Source: Selaginella moellendorffii
Taxonomy: Eukaryota > Plantae > Lycopodiophyta
NCBI RefSeq assembly: GCF_000143415.4
Contig: NW_003314302.1
Span: forward strand, 80,065 to 144,064
Direction: 5' to 3'
DNA: 64,000 nt
Shown here: positions 53,425-64,000 of the stretch, piece after piece
Numbering within the stretch: the stretch's first letter is position 1
Layout: every line of letters starts with the position of its first letter
Program-made: the position numbers and the translations under genes
Notes under the pieces: model-generated
Database searches by the model: none
What the model was told of the DNA's origin: nothing
What the model saw: the letters and a program-made list of their open reading frames with translations, nothing else

Positions 53425-55982
53425 TCACCTCCTGTAGCGATACCTCTTAAAGTTGAAATAAACATGAAGGATACCTCGCTCGAATGTACACTTGAAGCCT
53501 TTCTTGTGTGAATACTCCCATTCCTTGTTGACAATGCGAAAAGCCTGCAAACACACACACACACACCATCTTAGCAACACGGAAACCAAAAAACAAACAA
53601 GAAAACAACGAGGAACAAATCACTCACAATATCTTCGTATGGAGGGCCTGCGTGAAATCTGATGAGGCACGTCTCCCCGCTGCTTCCATCTCTCTCGATC
53701 GCATAAGTCGGTGCCTTCGTTTTGTCAACGAGGTCGGGATAGAAAATGTTAAATTTGTATCCCTGGACGATCTTCGGCGGCGGATTGTCGTGGTCATAAT
53801 GCGTCTGGTTGTATTTGTTCCACTCGTAGCCCGTGTGGACTCGGTTAAAATACTTGGGCTTTCTCGGGCGGTACTTATCGTGCCACCAGTAAACCTGCAA
53901 AGGCGGAAGCCTAGCATCAATATATCGAAAACAGAAGTTCTACGTACCTGAGATTCCAGATTGACCTCCGCCCCGGATCCAAGTATAGCATCGCCTTCTT
54001 CCATATTTCCCATTGCCTTCAAGGCAATTGCCCTCTCGTGCTCGATGTTTTCCTCTTCGCTGGGACCAGAGGCGTCGTGTAACCTCTTTTGTTGCTCCTC
54101 AAGAACTTCAGCCCTCTTGCGTTCCTACGAAAGAACCCAAGTCACACATGAAATGAAACCAGAAAAACAAAACAGGTTTTAGTGCTTACAAGTTCTGCTC
54201 TGTCGGTCTCGGGATCCACAATCTCGTCAGCTTCATAGTCATGAACCAGCTGAGGCGAAAATGACCCTGGATCGTCGTCGTCGTATACTTCAGGCTCAAC
54301 CTCAGGTGTCGGAGACCTGTTTAGCTCTTCTGTGACCATCGCTTCCTCCTCATCTTCGTTTGAAATCTTGTTTATTTCGGATTCATCGATACGTTGCAAG
54401 TGCTGCTGAAGTACATCCGAGTATATTTCTCGTAGGCGAGCCTGTAATTTTCGTTAGCAATTGTGACAAGGAAATGAACTTTGTGCGTACCTTGGCTTTG
54501 AAGATTTGCAACCTCTTCAATAAGGACTCCCAGAACTCGACAATCTTCGCTGATCCTGACCGCATTTGTTCTTCAATCTTCACTTGTTCTTCTTCCAGTT
54601 GGCGATAGCTCATGTTATGAAGAAGAGTCTTGACGTCCGGATCAACGCTCTTGTGTAGTCCAAAATCGTCCGCCATCAGCTCCTGACCGGGCTCTTCACC
54701 ACGAACTCTAGCTTTATCAACTCCATCCTTTTTAAGTGATTCTGCTAGCTCCCAGTCGCAAACAACCATCATGGCCTCCCAAAAGTCAATGTGCGTTTGT
54801 GTTGTCCTGTCTAGCTCCAGATGCATTCGAATATCGTCACGGAGATCTTCCATCTCTCTGACGGTAAGTCCCTGAAAGCAAAGAATGGTTGAGCAAGACG
54901 AAAATCGAAAAACAGATTAAAAACCTTGAATATCTTATATGGCTCCGTGATGGCAATATCAAACTCGTCGGGAGAATTTAGATTTCTGGACAAAACATCA
55001 ATTGGTTTTGCCCGGCCTTCCTTCAAGCGAATCTCAGCACGCACTTTGCTTTGATCAAAATGAAACTGCAATCCACAATAAAATGTTAGATTTGACTTTA
55101 AAACAATGATATCGGAAAACAAACCTCTTCTTCCTTTTTCTCCCAGTCCTGAAACTCCGCTCTTGCTCGCTCTCTCGCTAGCATGGCCATTTCTTCTTCA
55201 TGTTGAGCCTTTTCTATAGCCCTTTCTTCTCGTCTCTTCTTAACCTTTTCGATTTCTCTCTGCAGAAACAAGAGTTCGTTTTAGTAGCAGCCAGGAGAGT
55301 AACACGTATCATCTTACCATCCGCTCTTTTTGGCGCAGTTTCTCCGCTTTCACGGAGAGATCTTTCAAGTCCATCTTCTTATTTGCTACATCACGTTCTA
55401 TTTTTTTCCTCCACACAAACCTGCGAAAAACAATCAACTCAAAACCGCGAAAAACAATCAACTCCAAACCGAAAATGCCGAATAAACTTCACTCACTTCT
55501 CAGTCAAGTTGGAGTCTCCAAAAGGATTGCTATCGTTGGAATAGCCGGACACAGTCTGCGTTTTAAGCTTCTTCGCTACCCTGGCCGCCTGGACATATGG
55601 CAAATCAAAGTCATGCAGAGAAGAAAGAAAGAAAAAAAATTTGTAGTACCTTTCTTTGAGCTTTCTTCACAAGGTACTCGTTAAGTTCTTCCTCAGTAAA
55701 CTTTCTCCCTTCGTCATCGCTGGAAGAAGCATCGCTCTCGTCGCGCCTCGATTTTCTATGCCTCTTCCTCCGATCTTCTCCATCGGATTCAATCTCCGAG
55801 CCAGAGGTCTCGTCTCTTCTCTTTCTCCTCTTCTCGGATTTCCGCTTCCTCCTCCTCTCCTCGAGCTCGGAATCATCGCTGGAATCGCTGCGCCTCGATT
55901 TCCTGGATTTCCTAGCTCTATCCTCCGCTTCGTCATCGTACCTGCGCGATCGATGCCTGTCCTCCGAGCTGTGGCGTCCCAT
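53425..55982 (-). CDS. CACTIN: Cactin (spliceosome-associated), multi-exon
   Basis: R/S/D-rich N-terminus, FHFDQSKVRAEIRLKEGR, KYRPRKPKYFNRVHTGYEWNKYN, ends FNFKRYRYRR*. Confidence 0.95.
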
Positions 55983-56031
55983 TCTCTGCCCTAGAAACTG
56001 ATAGACCCTAAAATATTTTTTCCCCCTTTGT

Positions 56032-58578
56032 ATGCGTAGAACCCTTCTTTCCATCAAGGATGGATTGGAGCGCCTGGAAACGATCCAGGTAGGAGGATCA
56101 TCACTCTACGCGTCTCTCATCCAATGCTGCGGCGCCGCCAAGGCGATCGAGGAGGGCCGCCGCGTCCACCGCCATCTCCTCCGCTATGGCTATGGCGGCA
56201 ACACGTTCTTGGGAAATCTCCTCATCCAGATGTATCGCCAGTGCGGCAGCATGGAAGAAGCGCGATCCACATTCGATTCCATGGCCAAGAAGGACGTGGT
56301 GTCGTGGAATGCGATGGTCTCGGGGTATTCTCAGGCCGGACAGGGAAGAGAGGCGCTAGATCTCTACCAGAGGATGGATTCCGAGGGCGTGGAGCCGAAT
56401 CGAGTGACGCTGCTGGGCGTGCTGGGCGCCTGTGGAAATTCGCAGCTCTTGGCCGAGGGAAGATCGGTCCACTCGCGAATCCGATCGTCTAGGAGGGAAT
56501 CGGATCTTTCTCTAGAGGCGGCCCTTGTGACGATGTATGCCAGGTGTGGGAGCTTGCAAGAGGCCGAGAAAGTTTTCGATGGGATCTCCCGCAAGAATGT
56601 GGTGTCCTGGACTGCGATGCTCACAGCGTATGCCCAGACTGGGCATTTTCACAAGGCAGTGGAGCTCTATCAGAGAATGGATGTAGAGCCCAACAAGATC
56701 ACATTCGTGGCAGTCCTCACAGCGATTTCCAGCTTGGGCGATCTCAAGCTCGGGGAAAGAATCCACGCAAGGATTGCTGCCTTGAAGATCCAACCGGATG
56801 GTCCTCTCGGGAACGCTCTCATCACCATGTACTCGAGATGCGGGAGGATCGATCAGGCGAGAAAAGTTTTCGATGGGATAGAGCGCAAGGACGTGATCAC
56901 TTGGACGTCGATGATCACGGCTTACACTCACAGCGGGAGAGCTAGAGACGCTGTGGAGCTTTACAGCAAGATGGACGTGGAACCAAACAGCGTGACTTAC
57001 GTAACCGTTCTCAGTGCTTGCTCGGTCCTGGGCGATCTCGATCAAGGCAGAAGAGTTCACTCCCGAGTGACTTCATTGGATCTGCGGGATCCAGCGCTCG
57101 GGACTGCGCTCGTCTCGATGTATGGGAACTGTGGCGGCTTGCTGGACGCCAGGAAAGTTTTCGACGGGATGGAAGAGAAGAACATCATGTCCTGGAACGC
57201 TCTTCTCGGAGCTTACGCACACTTTGGTGGGAAAGACCAGGCTGCGGAGGCACTGGATTTGTTCCGGGAGATGGAGCTTCAAGGAGTCCGTGGCAACGCA
57301 GTGACTTTGATTTGCTTGCTCGGGTGGTGTGCCAACGTTGGAGCTTTGAAACACGGCCGGGCGATCCACCAGCGAGCCAGAGCTGAGAGCCTTCTTCCGG
57401 ATAGAAACTTGGAGACCGCGGTCGTCAACATGTACGCGAAGTGCCACAGGGTCGAAGAAGCTCGTCGGGTGTTTGACAGCATGGAACTCAGAGACGTGGT
57501 CGCCTGGACGTCGATGATCGCAGCTTACACACAGGAAGGCTATCACCCCGAAGCCATGGGACTCTACAAGAGCATGCTTCGCGACGGGGAGATAGAACCA
57601 AACAGCGTCACTCTGGCTGCTGTTCTCGGCTCGTGCTTCGACCTTGAAGACGGCAAAGAGATCCACAGCCGAGCAGTGGCGACCAGGATGATAAAGTCGG
57701 AGCTCGTCCAGAACTCACTGCTCAACATGTACGCAAAGTGTGGCAGCCTGGAGGAAGCGAGCAAGTTCTTCGAGTCCATGGACGAGAGCTCCCGAACGGT
57801 GGTCAGCTGGAACATCCTCCTCACGGCATACACGCAAGCTGGACGCGAAAGGCAAGCCATCGATCTTTACAAAAGAATGGTGGAGACGGAAAGAGTGGAG
57901 CCGGATCAAGGAGCCATCGCCGCGGTTCTAGCAGCGTGCTCGAGCCTGGGAGACTTAAACCAGGCCAAGGAACTCCTCCGCCATCTCCACTCCAACGCCA
58001 ACTTGGAGGCGATGACGAGGAAGAACATTGTGGTGGAGAACGCGATCGTGAACTTACACGCCAAGTGTGGCTTCCTGGACGAAGGGAGCCGGATCTTCCA
58101 CAGGATGGAGCATAAGAACTTGGTGTCCTGGACGGCGATGATAGTGGGATTCGCGAAGCACGGCCACGCCGAGGAAGCCATGGAAATGTACAGGAGGATG
58201 GAGCTCGACGGCGCCGAGCCGGACGACGTGACTTTCATCACCATCTTGGTGGCGTGCTCCCACTCGGGCCTCATCTCCAGCGGCCACGAGTGCTTCACGT
58301 CCATGGCCGCCGAGTGGGAGATCGCGCCCCGGATGGATCACTTCGTGTGCCTGGTGGATCTTCTCGGCCGCGCGGGCTGGCTGGATCAAGCGCAGGAGCT
58401 CGTGGAGACGATGCCATTCGAGCCGGAGCCACTGGCGTGGACGACGCTGCTGGGGGCGTGTAAGATCCACCACGACTTTGATCGCGCGAGGGTTCTCGAG
58501 GAGCTTGTTCTTGAGCGAACTCCACAAGAGTGTGGCTCCTCCCACGTCCTACTCTCCAACATTTACGTGGAGTCCTAA
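56032..58578 (+). CDS. PLS-class pentatricopeptide repeat protein ending in an E domain, no DYW
   Basis: Repeated MY.RCG...A..VFD...KNVVSW..M; C-terminal HFVCLVDLLGRAG...MPFEP...WTTLLGAC...LLSNIY. Confidence 0.95.
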   Translation: MRRTLLSIKDGLERLETIQVGGSSLYASLIQCCGAAKAIEEGRRVHRHLLRYGYGGNTFLGNLLIQMYRQCGSMEEARSTFDSMAKKDVVSWNAMVSGYSQAGQGREALDLYQRMDSEGVEPNRVTLLGVLGACGNSQLLAEGRSVHSRIRSSRRESDLSLEAALVTMYARCGSLQEAEKVFDGISRKNVVSWTAMLTAYAQTGHFHKAVELYQRMDVEPNKITFVAVLTAISSLGDLKLGERIHARIAALKIQPDGPLGNALITMYSRCGRIDQARKVFDGIERKDVITWTSMITAYTHSGRARDAVELYSKMDVEPNSVTYVTVLSACSVLGDLDQGRRVHSRVTSLDLRDPALGTALVSMYGNCGGLLDARKVFDGMEEKNIMSWNALLGAYAHFGGKDQAAEALDLFREMELQGVRGNAVTLICLLGWCANVGALKHGRAIHQRARAESLLPDRNLETAVVNMYAKCHRVEEARRVFDSMELRDVVAWTSMIAAYTQEGYHPEAMGLYKSMLRDGEIEPNSVTLAAVLGSCFDLEDGKEIHSRAVATRMIKSELVQNSLLNMYAKCGSLEEASKFFESMDESSRTVVSWNILLTAYTQAGRERQAIDLYKRMVETERVEPDQGAIAAVLAACSSLGDLNQAKELLRHLHSNANLEAMTRKNIVVENAIVNLHAKCGFLDEGSRIFHRMEHKNLVSWTAMIVGFAKHGHAEEAMEMYRRMELDGAEPDDVTFITILVACSHSGLISSGHECFTSMAAEWEIAPRMDHFVCLVDLLGRAGWLDQAQELVETMPFEPEPLAWTTLLGACKIHHDFDRARVLEELVLERTPQECGSSHVLLSNIYVES

Positions 58579-58579
58579 T

Positions 58580-58740
58580 AGTCAATGCTAGTCAGCGAGT
58601 CCACTGTGGTCACTGTGATTAATGTCGTTGACTAGCTAGTCAATGGTCGATAGTTCGTCTACGTGGGCTCCTACTAATCAACGATGGTCAGCTAGTCCAC
58701 TGTTCACTGTTCAATGTCGTTAGTCAATGGTCGATAGATC
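58580..58740. repeat. Diverged ~55-65 bp direct duplication rich in W-box cores upstream of the FAD oxidoreductase
   Basis: GTCCACTGT..TCACTGT..AATGTCGTT..AGTCAATGGTCGATAG occurs twice; several TTGAC/GTCAA. Confidence 0.6.
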
Positions 58741-58751
58741 ATTCTAATGTC

Positions 58752-60686
58752 ATGGCGCGGGAGAACGCTTTAAACAGATCTAAGCCGAAAGGAGGGAGAA
58801 AGAAGATGATCCTTGCGTGGAACGAAGCAATGTGTGATCGATCTACTCGCAAATCCCTCCTCCTCGCGCTCTTCCTCCTCTTGCCCGCTGCAATCGCCGC
58901 CACTAGATGCCGCTGCACTGCCGATCAATCGTGCTTCCCAAACGCCAAGCACTGGGAGCGATTCAATCTCACAGTGGGCGGCGCTCTCATCCAGGTCCGC
59001 CCACCAGCGTCACCCTGCTATGACGCCGACGGTACCGCGCAGTGCGCCACCGCGCGGGCCAATTGGCACGACAGTGCGTGGCGCTCCACCCAAGTGGGCG
59101 CGGCCGAGCACCCAAACTGGGAGGCCTACGGCACCCAGAGCTGCCCGCTCCCGCCGAACGGTACCGCGCTGCCCTCGGCGTCATCGTGCTCCCAGGGCTC
59201 GGTCCCCGTGCTCGCCGTCAACGTCTCCTCCATCTCGCAGGTCCAGGCCGCGATCCACTTCGCTCGGCAGCATTTCTTGCGGATCGTGGTGAAGAGCACG
59301 GGCCATGACTACCTCGGGCGGAGCTTCGCGCGTGGATCGCTCAGCATTTGGACGCACAATCTCAAGAGCATCCAATTCAGCGAGGAATTCGTCGAGGAGG
59401 GCTGCGATCCCCATTCCAGCGGCGCCTCGGCAGTGGAGGTGGGCGCTGGCGTCCAGTGGCGCGAGCTCTACACCGCCGCCCACGCCCAAGGGAAGCTCGT
59501 CGTGGGTGCGCTTAGCTCCTCGGTGGCTACCGGCGGCGGTTACGTACAGGGCGGTGGGCACAGCCCGCTCTCCGCGGCGTACGGCCTCGCCGCCGACAAC
59601 TCGCTCCAGTTCACGATTGTGACGCCCGACGGTACCGTGCGGTACGCCAACCGGTGCGTTAACCGGGACCTTTTCTGGGCGCTACGCGGCGGCGGCGGCG
59701 GCACCTTCGGCGTGGTTACCGCGGCGGTACACCGCACGTTCCCGGCACCGAGCAACATTCTCTCGGCGGTACACGTGCTTGCCGCCAGCGGCGTGGGGAG
59801 CTACCGCCAGCTGATGGGCCAGTTTACCCAGCTTAGCGCCGCGCTGTACCGCCAGGGCTGGGCGGGCTACTTCGTGATGGGCGGCACCTCGCTGACTCTC
59901 CGCTACCACGCGCTCACCCAGACCACCGCGTTCCACGACCATAGCTTTGGATCGTTCCTGGAGTGGATCGCACGTCACAACGCCACGGTCCGCGCGGTGG
60001 GCGGCGGCGTGCGATCGTATCCCAGCTTCCTGGAGTGGTACAACGACACGATGTGCTCGTTCTACCCGAGCGCCACCGGCGGGGGGATTTGCAACGACGA
60101 TCTCGGCACGAATCGAGTGCTCATCTCCCGCCTCGTCCCCGCCAACGCAATCGAGAGCTCCGGTGGCGAGATCAGCGACGCGCTCGTCACGCTGTTGCAA
60201 TCCAACGCGACGAGCAACGCGATCCTGGGCGTGGCGGTGAGCGGCGGCGCGGCGGCGGCGGTGGCTGGAGACGCAGTCGCGGTGAATCCCGCTTGGAGGC
60301 AAGCGCTGTGGCACATCACCGCCGAGAGCTCCTGGGATGAATCCTCCTTGTTCGCGAGCTCTTCCACTTCCAATTCATCGAGCTCGCCTAGTTCATCCTC
60401 GCCCAGCTCGCTGGATTCGCCGGCGATTGGAGCGTCGATCCGCGAGAGGATGGATCGGTTGACCGCCGCAAATGCCCAGTTGAGGGATCTCACGCCGTGC
60501 TCGGGGGCGTATTTCAACGAGGCCGATTATAACGAGCCAGACTGGCAGCAATCGCTCTTCGGGAATAACTACCAAAGGCTGTTGACTGTGAAGACCCAGG
60601 TTGACCCTCGTGGACTGTTAGTCTGCTGGCACTGCGTGGGCAGCGAGCATTGGTCAACAGATTTGAATTGCCCGGCTTTATCTTAA
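58752..60686 (+). CDS. Secreted FAD-linked oxidoreductase (VAO/BBE superfamily), fungal-type signature, intronless
   Basis: VVKSTGHDYLGRS...GSLSIWTHNLK, GGYVQGGGHSPLS..YGLAADN, DLFWALRGGGGGTFGVV, GAYFNEAD.NEPDWQQSLFG.NY.RL..VK..VDP, CVGSEHW. Confidence 0.9.
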   Translation: MARENALNRSKPKGGRKKMILAWNEAMCDRSTRKSLLLALFLLLPAAIAATRCRCTADQSCFPNAKHWERFNLTVGGALIQVRPPASPCYDADGTAQCATARANWHDSAWRSTQVGAAEHPNWEAYGTQSCPLPPNGTALPSASSCSQGSVPVLAVNVSSISQVQAAIHFARQHFLRIVVKSTGHDYLGRSFARGSLSIWTHNLKSIQFSEEFVEEGCDPHSSGASAVEVGAGVQWRELYTAAHAQGKLVVGALSSSVATGGGYVQGGGHSPLSAAYGLAADNSLQFTIVTPDGTVRYANRCVNRDLFWALRGGGGGTFGVVTAAVHRTFPAPSNILSAVHVLAASGVGSYRQLMGQFTQLSAALYRQGWAGYFVMGGTSLTLRYHALTQTTAFHDHSFGSFLEWIARHNATVRAVGGGVRSYPSFLEWYNDTMCSFYPSATGGGICNDDLGTNRVLISRLVPANAIESSGGEISDALVTLLQSNATSNAILGVAVSGGAAAAVAGDAVAVNPAWRQALWHITAESSWDESSLFASSSTSNSSSSPSSSSPSSLDSPAIGASIRERMDRLTAANAQLRDLTPCSGAYFNEADYNEPDWQQSLFGNNYQRLLTVKTQVDPRGLLVCWHCVGSEHWSTDLNCPALS

Positions 60687-60781
60687 ACCTCATTAATGAA
60701 TGATGTTGACCTAGGTTGACCTGGTCAACGTTTTATATATTAATGTAATTTATTCTAAGTAGAACCTTTAGATTAAGCGCG

Positions 60782-62941
60782 ATGGCGCTCCACAAGGCGA
60801 TGATCCTCCGCCTCGTCCGCGCGCCAGTGATCAGCGACGCGACGCCATTCCTCGCGGAGGATGTGGCGTGCCTCGATCCGGCTACATTCCTGGTCTCGAT
60901 GCTGCTCCAGCGGGTACAAGATGATCACGGCATTCCCTCCGCGGCAATCTCCGCCCTAGCTCCTGTCCGGATCGGCGATCTCACGCCGGGAGCGCGCGCG
61001 ACCGGGCGCGTTCTTCACGGATTTCTCGCTGCCGATGCGCTCAAGATCGACGGCGGCGTCCAGGTACTCACGGTGCTTGAGGATTCTAGCGGGGAATCGG
61101 TGCTGCTCGCGATCAAGCATGCAGTGACGAGCAGTGCCACGGACGTGGAGGTCCGGTCGAAATTTCCCAGGGGGGCGAGGGTAGCGGTCAAGGAGCCGAC
61201 GCTGGCGAGGCCTCTGGACGATCTGGGTGTGAATCTTGACCTGGCGGTGCTTCTCGATGATCCAGGAACTGGTCCCGGCACTCTTTCGCTCATCGCGCTC
61301 GATAATCCGGCCAATGTGGAGGTGCTCTCTTTCCTTGGTGACGATCAGCTCCAGAGATTTCGAGGTATGAGCCACTCCGCTATTCGGATGGAAGGGAACA
61401 AGCTTACTAAAGATGGGAGCTTTGAGGCCGCAGCTCAAGCCTATGGCTTGATCACCACCTCACAGGATGATGACCGCGATCGGACGCTAGCGCTTGCCAA
61501 TCAAGCTGCGTGTTACCTCAAGCTGGGGCGATTTGAGGCTTGCATCAATGCTGCCAGTGCCGCTCTCGAGATGGATCCCAACCATCTCAAGAGTCTCTAC
61601 CGAAAGGCATTGGGTTTGCTCAAGCTCCATCTCTATGACTGGTCGTGCCAGCTCTTGAGAGATTTCGCTGGGAAGGACCAAGCGATCGAGCAGCTCTACA
61701 GCAAGTGCCAGAAGCTCGCCTGGCAAAGCCGGGACAGCAGCAGCATCGCCCAGGAGATTTCCAGCTTTCTTCGTGCGTGGAGCGATGCCTCGGACAGCGA
61801 GACCAAAGCGCCACCAAAGTTTCCAGAGCTTGCCGAGTACGTTGGCCCGGTGGAGATCAAGATGTGTGGAGACCAGAGCAAGAGGCGTGGCCGGGGGCTG
61901 TTTGCGACAAGAAAGATCAACCGAGGCGAGCTTCTGGTCGTGAGCAACGCGGTCATCTTTGAGCGTGGTGACGACCAGTCGGCTTGCAACCGTGACGCTG
62001 CTACTCGGCTGCTCGACATGGCCATGAAATCTCCACGGGCATACAAGCAGCTCCTCAGCCTCGTTTGCGGGGTGGCGGGTGACGAGCGAGAAGTCCCTGC
62101 CATGGAAATCTTCCAGCCGAACTGGACGACTCCGGAGGCTTGGCCGATTAGCAGCACTGACAGCAGCGGCAGAGAGGCGCTTCAAGGCATCGACGTGCAG
62201 AGAACCTTTGAGATCGTCAGCAAGGCTTCCTTCAATCCGAGGTACTCGAAAGGCCTCATCTACGTCGCGACGTGGTTCCTCCCGAGCTTCATCAACCATT
62301 CCTGCGTTCCAAACGTGTGCCAGACGGTGCTAGGAACTTCGGCCTGCTACTTTGCTGCTCGCGACATCGCCGCCGGAGAAGAGCTCGTCCACTGCTACAT
62401 CAATAGCGGCCATCCTTACAGGCGCAAGAGGCTCGCATCCTTCGAGTGTGATTGCAAGAAGTGCCACCTCGAGACGCTGCTGGATGAGGATCTCGTGGAG
62501 GTGAACGGCTACTACAGGGACCTCGCCGAGGCAAACTTCGAGTTCCAGTTCAAGAAGGATCCCGAGGCTGGCAAGGTGGTGAAGAAGCTGGAAGAGGTTC
62601 TCGCGAGCAAGCTCCAGGACGAGGAGGACCGGCAGTGCTTGCGAGCGATCCACTGGTCGCTATACCTCTACTATTACCAGAGGGTGGAGAGTGGGGCGGC
62701 GGTGGCGGTGCCTGGCGGTGGCGTCCCAGCGGCGGAGGTGATCATGGCCTCGATGCACAAGTTCTCGGCGGCCAGCGACACGAATCTGGCTTACATGAAA
62801 TTTCTGGTGGAGTTTGCACGGGACAAGGACGCGGCATGGAGCGTGATAGAGCGAGAGTGGGAGATCAAGCTTGGCAGACAGGAAGATCATCGTGTTGTCA
62901 AGGCCATCGTCGAGAGAGGCCTGGAAATAATCACGGTTTAA
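60782..62941 (+). CDS. TPR + SET domain protein (SMYD-like), intronless
   Basis: TPR EGNK...ANQAACYLKLG...KSLYRKA; SET GRGLFAT, SFINHSCVPN, EELVHCY; post-SET FECDCKKC. Confidence 0.88.
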   Translation: MALHKAMILRLVRAPVISDATPFLAEDVACLDPATFLVSMLLQRVQDDHGIPSAAISALAPVRIGDLTPGARATGRVLHGFLAADALKIDGGVQVLTVLEDSSGESVLLAIKHAVTSSATDVEVRSKFPRGARVAVKEPTLARPLDDLGVNLDLAVLLDDPGTGPGTLSLIALDNPANVEVLSFLGDDQLQRFRGMSHSAIRMEGNKLTKDGSFEAAAQAYGLITTSQDDDRDRTLALANQAACYLKLGRFEACINAASAALEMDPNHLKSLYRKALGLLKLHLYDWSCQLLRDFAGKDQAIEQLYSKCQKLAWQSRDSSSIAQEISSFLRAWSDASDSETKAPPKFPELAEYVGPVEIKMCGDQSKRRGRGLFATRKINRGELLVVSNAVIFERGDDQSACNRDAATRLLDMAMKSPRAYKQLLSLVCGVAGDEREVPAMEIFQPNWTTPEAWPISSTDSSGREALQGIDVQRTFEIVSKASFNPRYSKGLIYVATWFLPSFINHSCVPNVCQTVLGTSACYFAARDIAAGEELVHCYINSGHPYRRKRLASFECDCKKCHLETLLDEDLVEVNGYYRDLAEANFEFQFKKDPEAGKVVKKLEEVLASKLQDEEDRQCLRAIHWSLYLYYYQRVESGAAVAVPGGGVPAAEVIMASMHKFSAASDTNLAYMKFLVEFARDKDAAWSVIEREWEIKLGRQEDHRVVKAIVERGLEIITV

Positions 62942-62959
62942 TTTCGAGGCGAGTCTTCC

Positions 62960-64000
62960 GACAACCCGGCGAACGTGGAGGTGCTCTCTTTCTTTGGCGA
63001 CGATCGCCTCCATGGCGTTCAAGGTACGAGCCCCGCGAGGAGTCAGGATGGAAGGGAACAAGCTCTTCAAAGAGGCCGCTGCTCAAGCCTATGCCTTGAG
63101 CGCATCCCAGCCACCTCAAGAGCGTGTATCGGAAGTCGTCTGCTTTGCTCAAGCTCCATCTCTACGAATGGTCGTGCCAGCTCTTGAGAGATTTCGACCA
63201 AACCATCGACCAGCTATTCGAGAAGTCCCAGAAACTTGCCAGGCAAAGCCGGACAGCAGCAGCATCGCGCGTGGAGTGATTCCAACAGCAAGAGCAAGAA
63301 ACAGCCAAAGTTTCCAGTGCTTGCCGAGTACGTTGCCCCGGTGGAGGTGAAGATGTGTGGAGACCAGAGCAAGAAGCGTGGCCAGGGGCCGTTTAACCGA
63401 GGTGAGCTTGTGCTCGTGAGCAACGCGGTCATCTTCGAGCAGGGTGAAAACGAGTCAGCTTGGGACCGAGACGCTGCTGCTCGGCTGCTTGACATGGCTA
63501 TGAAATCTCCACGGGTATACAAGCAGCTTCTCAGCCTCGTTTGCGAGGTGGCGGGCGACGAGCGAGAAGTCCCCGCCATGGAAACCTTCCGGCCGAACTG
63601 GACAACACCCGAGGGTTGGCCGATTTGCACTGACAGCAGCGGCGGAAGGCATTGAAGTGAAGCGAACCTTTGAGATCGTCAGCAAGGCGTCCTACAATCC
63701 GAGCTCCTCGAGCGGCTTCGTCTACCTCGCAACACCGAGCTTCATCAAGCATTCCTTGCAAAACGGACATTAAAGGTGACCTGCTACTTCGCGGCCCGAG
63801 ACATCGACGCTGGAGAAGAGCTCGTTTACTGCTACATCAATGGTGGCCATCCTTTCAAGCGCAAGAGCCTGAATTTCATGTGCGACTGCAAGGAGTGCTA
63901 CATGGAGACGCTGCTGGAAAACGATCTCGCGGACGACTACTACAGGGACTTCGCCGAGGCAAGCTTCGAGTTCAAGCTCGATGAGGAGGCCGACCGAACG
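62960..64000 (+). pseudogene. 5'-truncated, frameshifted tandem copy of the TPR-SET gene (runs off window)
   Basis: Begins DNPANVEVLSF (cf. 61301); keeps FP.LAEYV.PVE.KMCGDQSKKRG; multiple deletions and frameshifts. Confidence 0.85.

Noticed and set aside
56032-58578. PPR lacking DYW as a novelty
   Set aside because: E-class PLS proteins ending near LLSNIY are common.

Overview
Gene-dense eukaryotic plant genomic DNA with very short (~50-70 nt) introns, telo-box (AAACCCTA) promoters, a PLS-class PPR gene and CVNH genes. This profile fits a lycophyte such as Selaginella moellendorffii (inference). GC-rich gene blocks carry an unknown internally duplicated gene, DEAD-box RH28, tRNA-Ile(AAT), a BRCT protein, PLATZ, a DUF1308 protein, MTM1 carrier, a Raf-like kinase, NBS1, spastin, an Expp1-like protein, a class A HSF, RINGv, TST/TMT, ABCB, an Arg-rich linker-histone-domain protein, an OFP, cactin, a PPR, a fungal-type FAD oxidoreductase and a TPR-SET gene plus its pseudogene. 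An AT-rich ~10-kb island (~24.8-34.9 kb) is bracketed by two secreted cyanovirin-N-homolog genes. It contains decayed Ty3/gypsy and Helitron remnants, a copied kinase gene fragment, and a 5S-rRNA-bearing (Cassandra-like) TRIM present as a full element and as a solo LTR. Top leads: the 5S-carrying TRIM, the CVNH island, a protamine-like H1-domain gene, and the adjacent fungal-like intronless genes. All calls come from manual reading with no database searches; multi-exon genes are given as start-to-stop spans.
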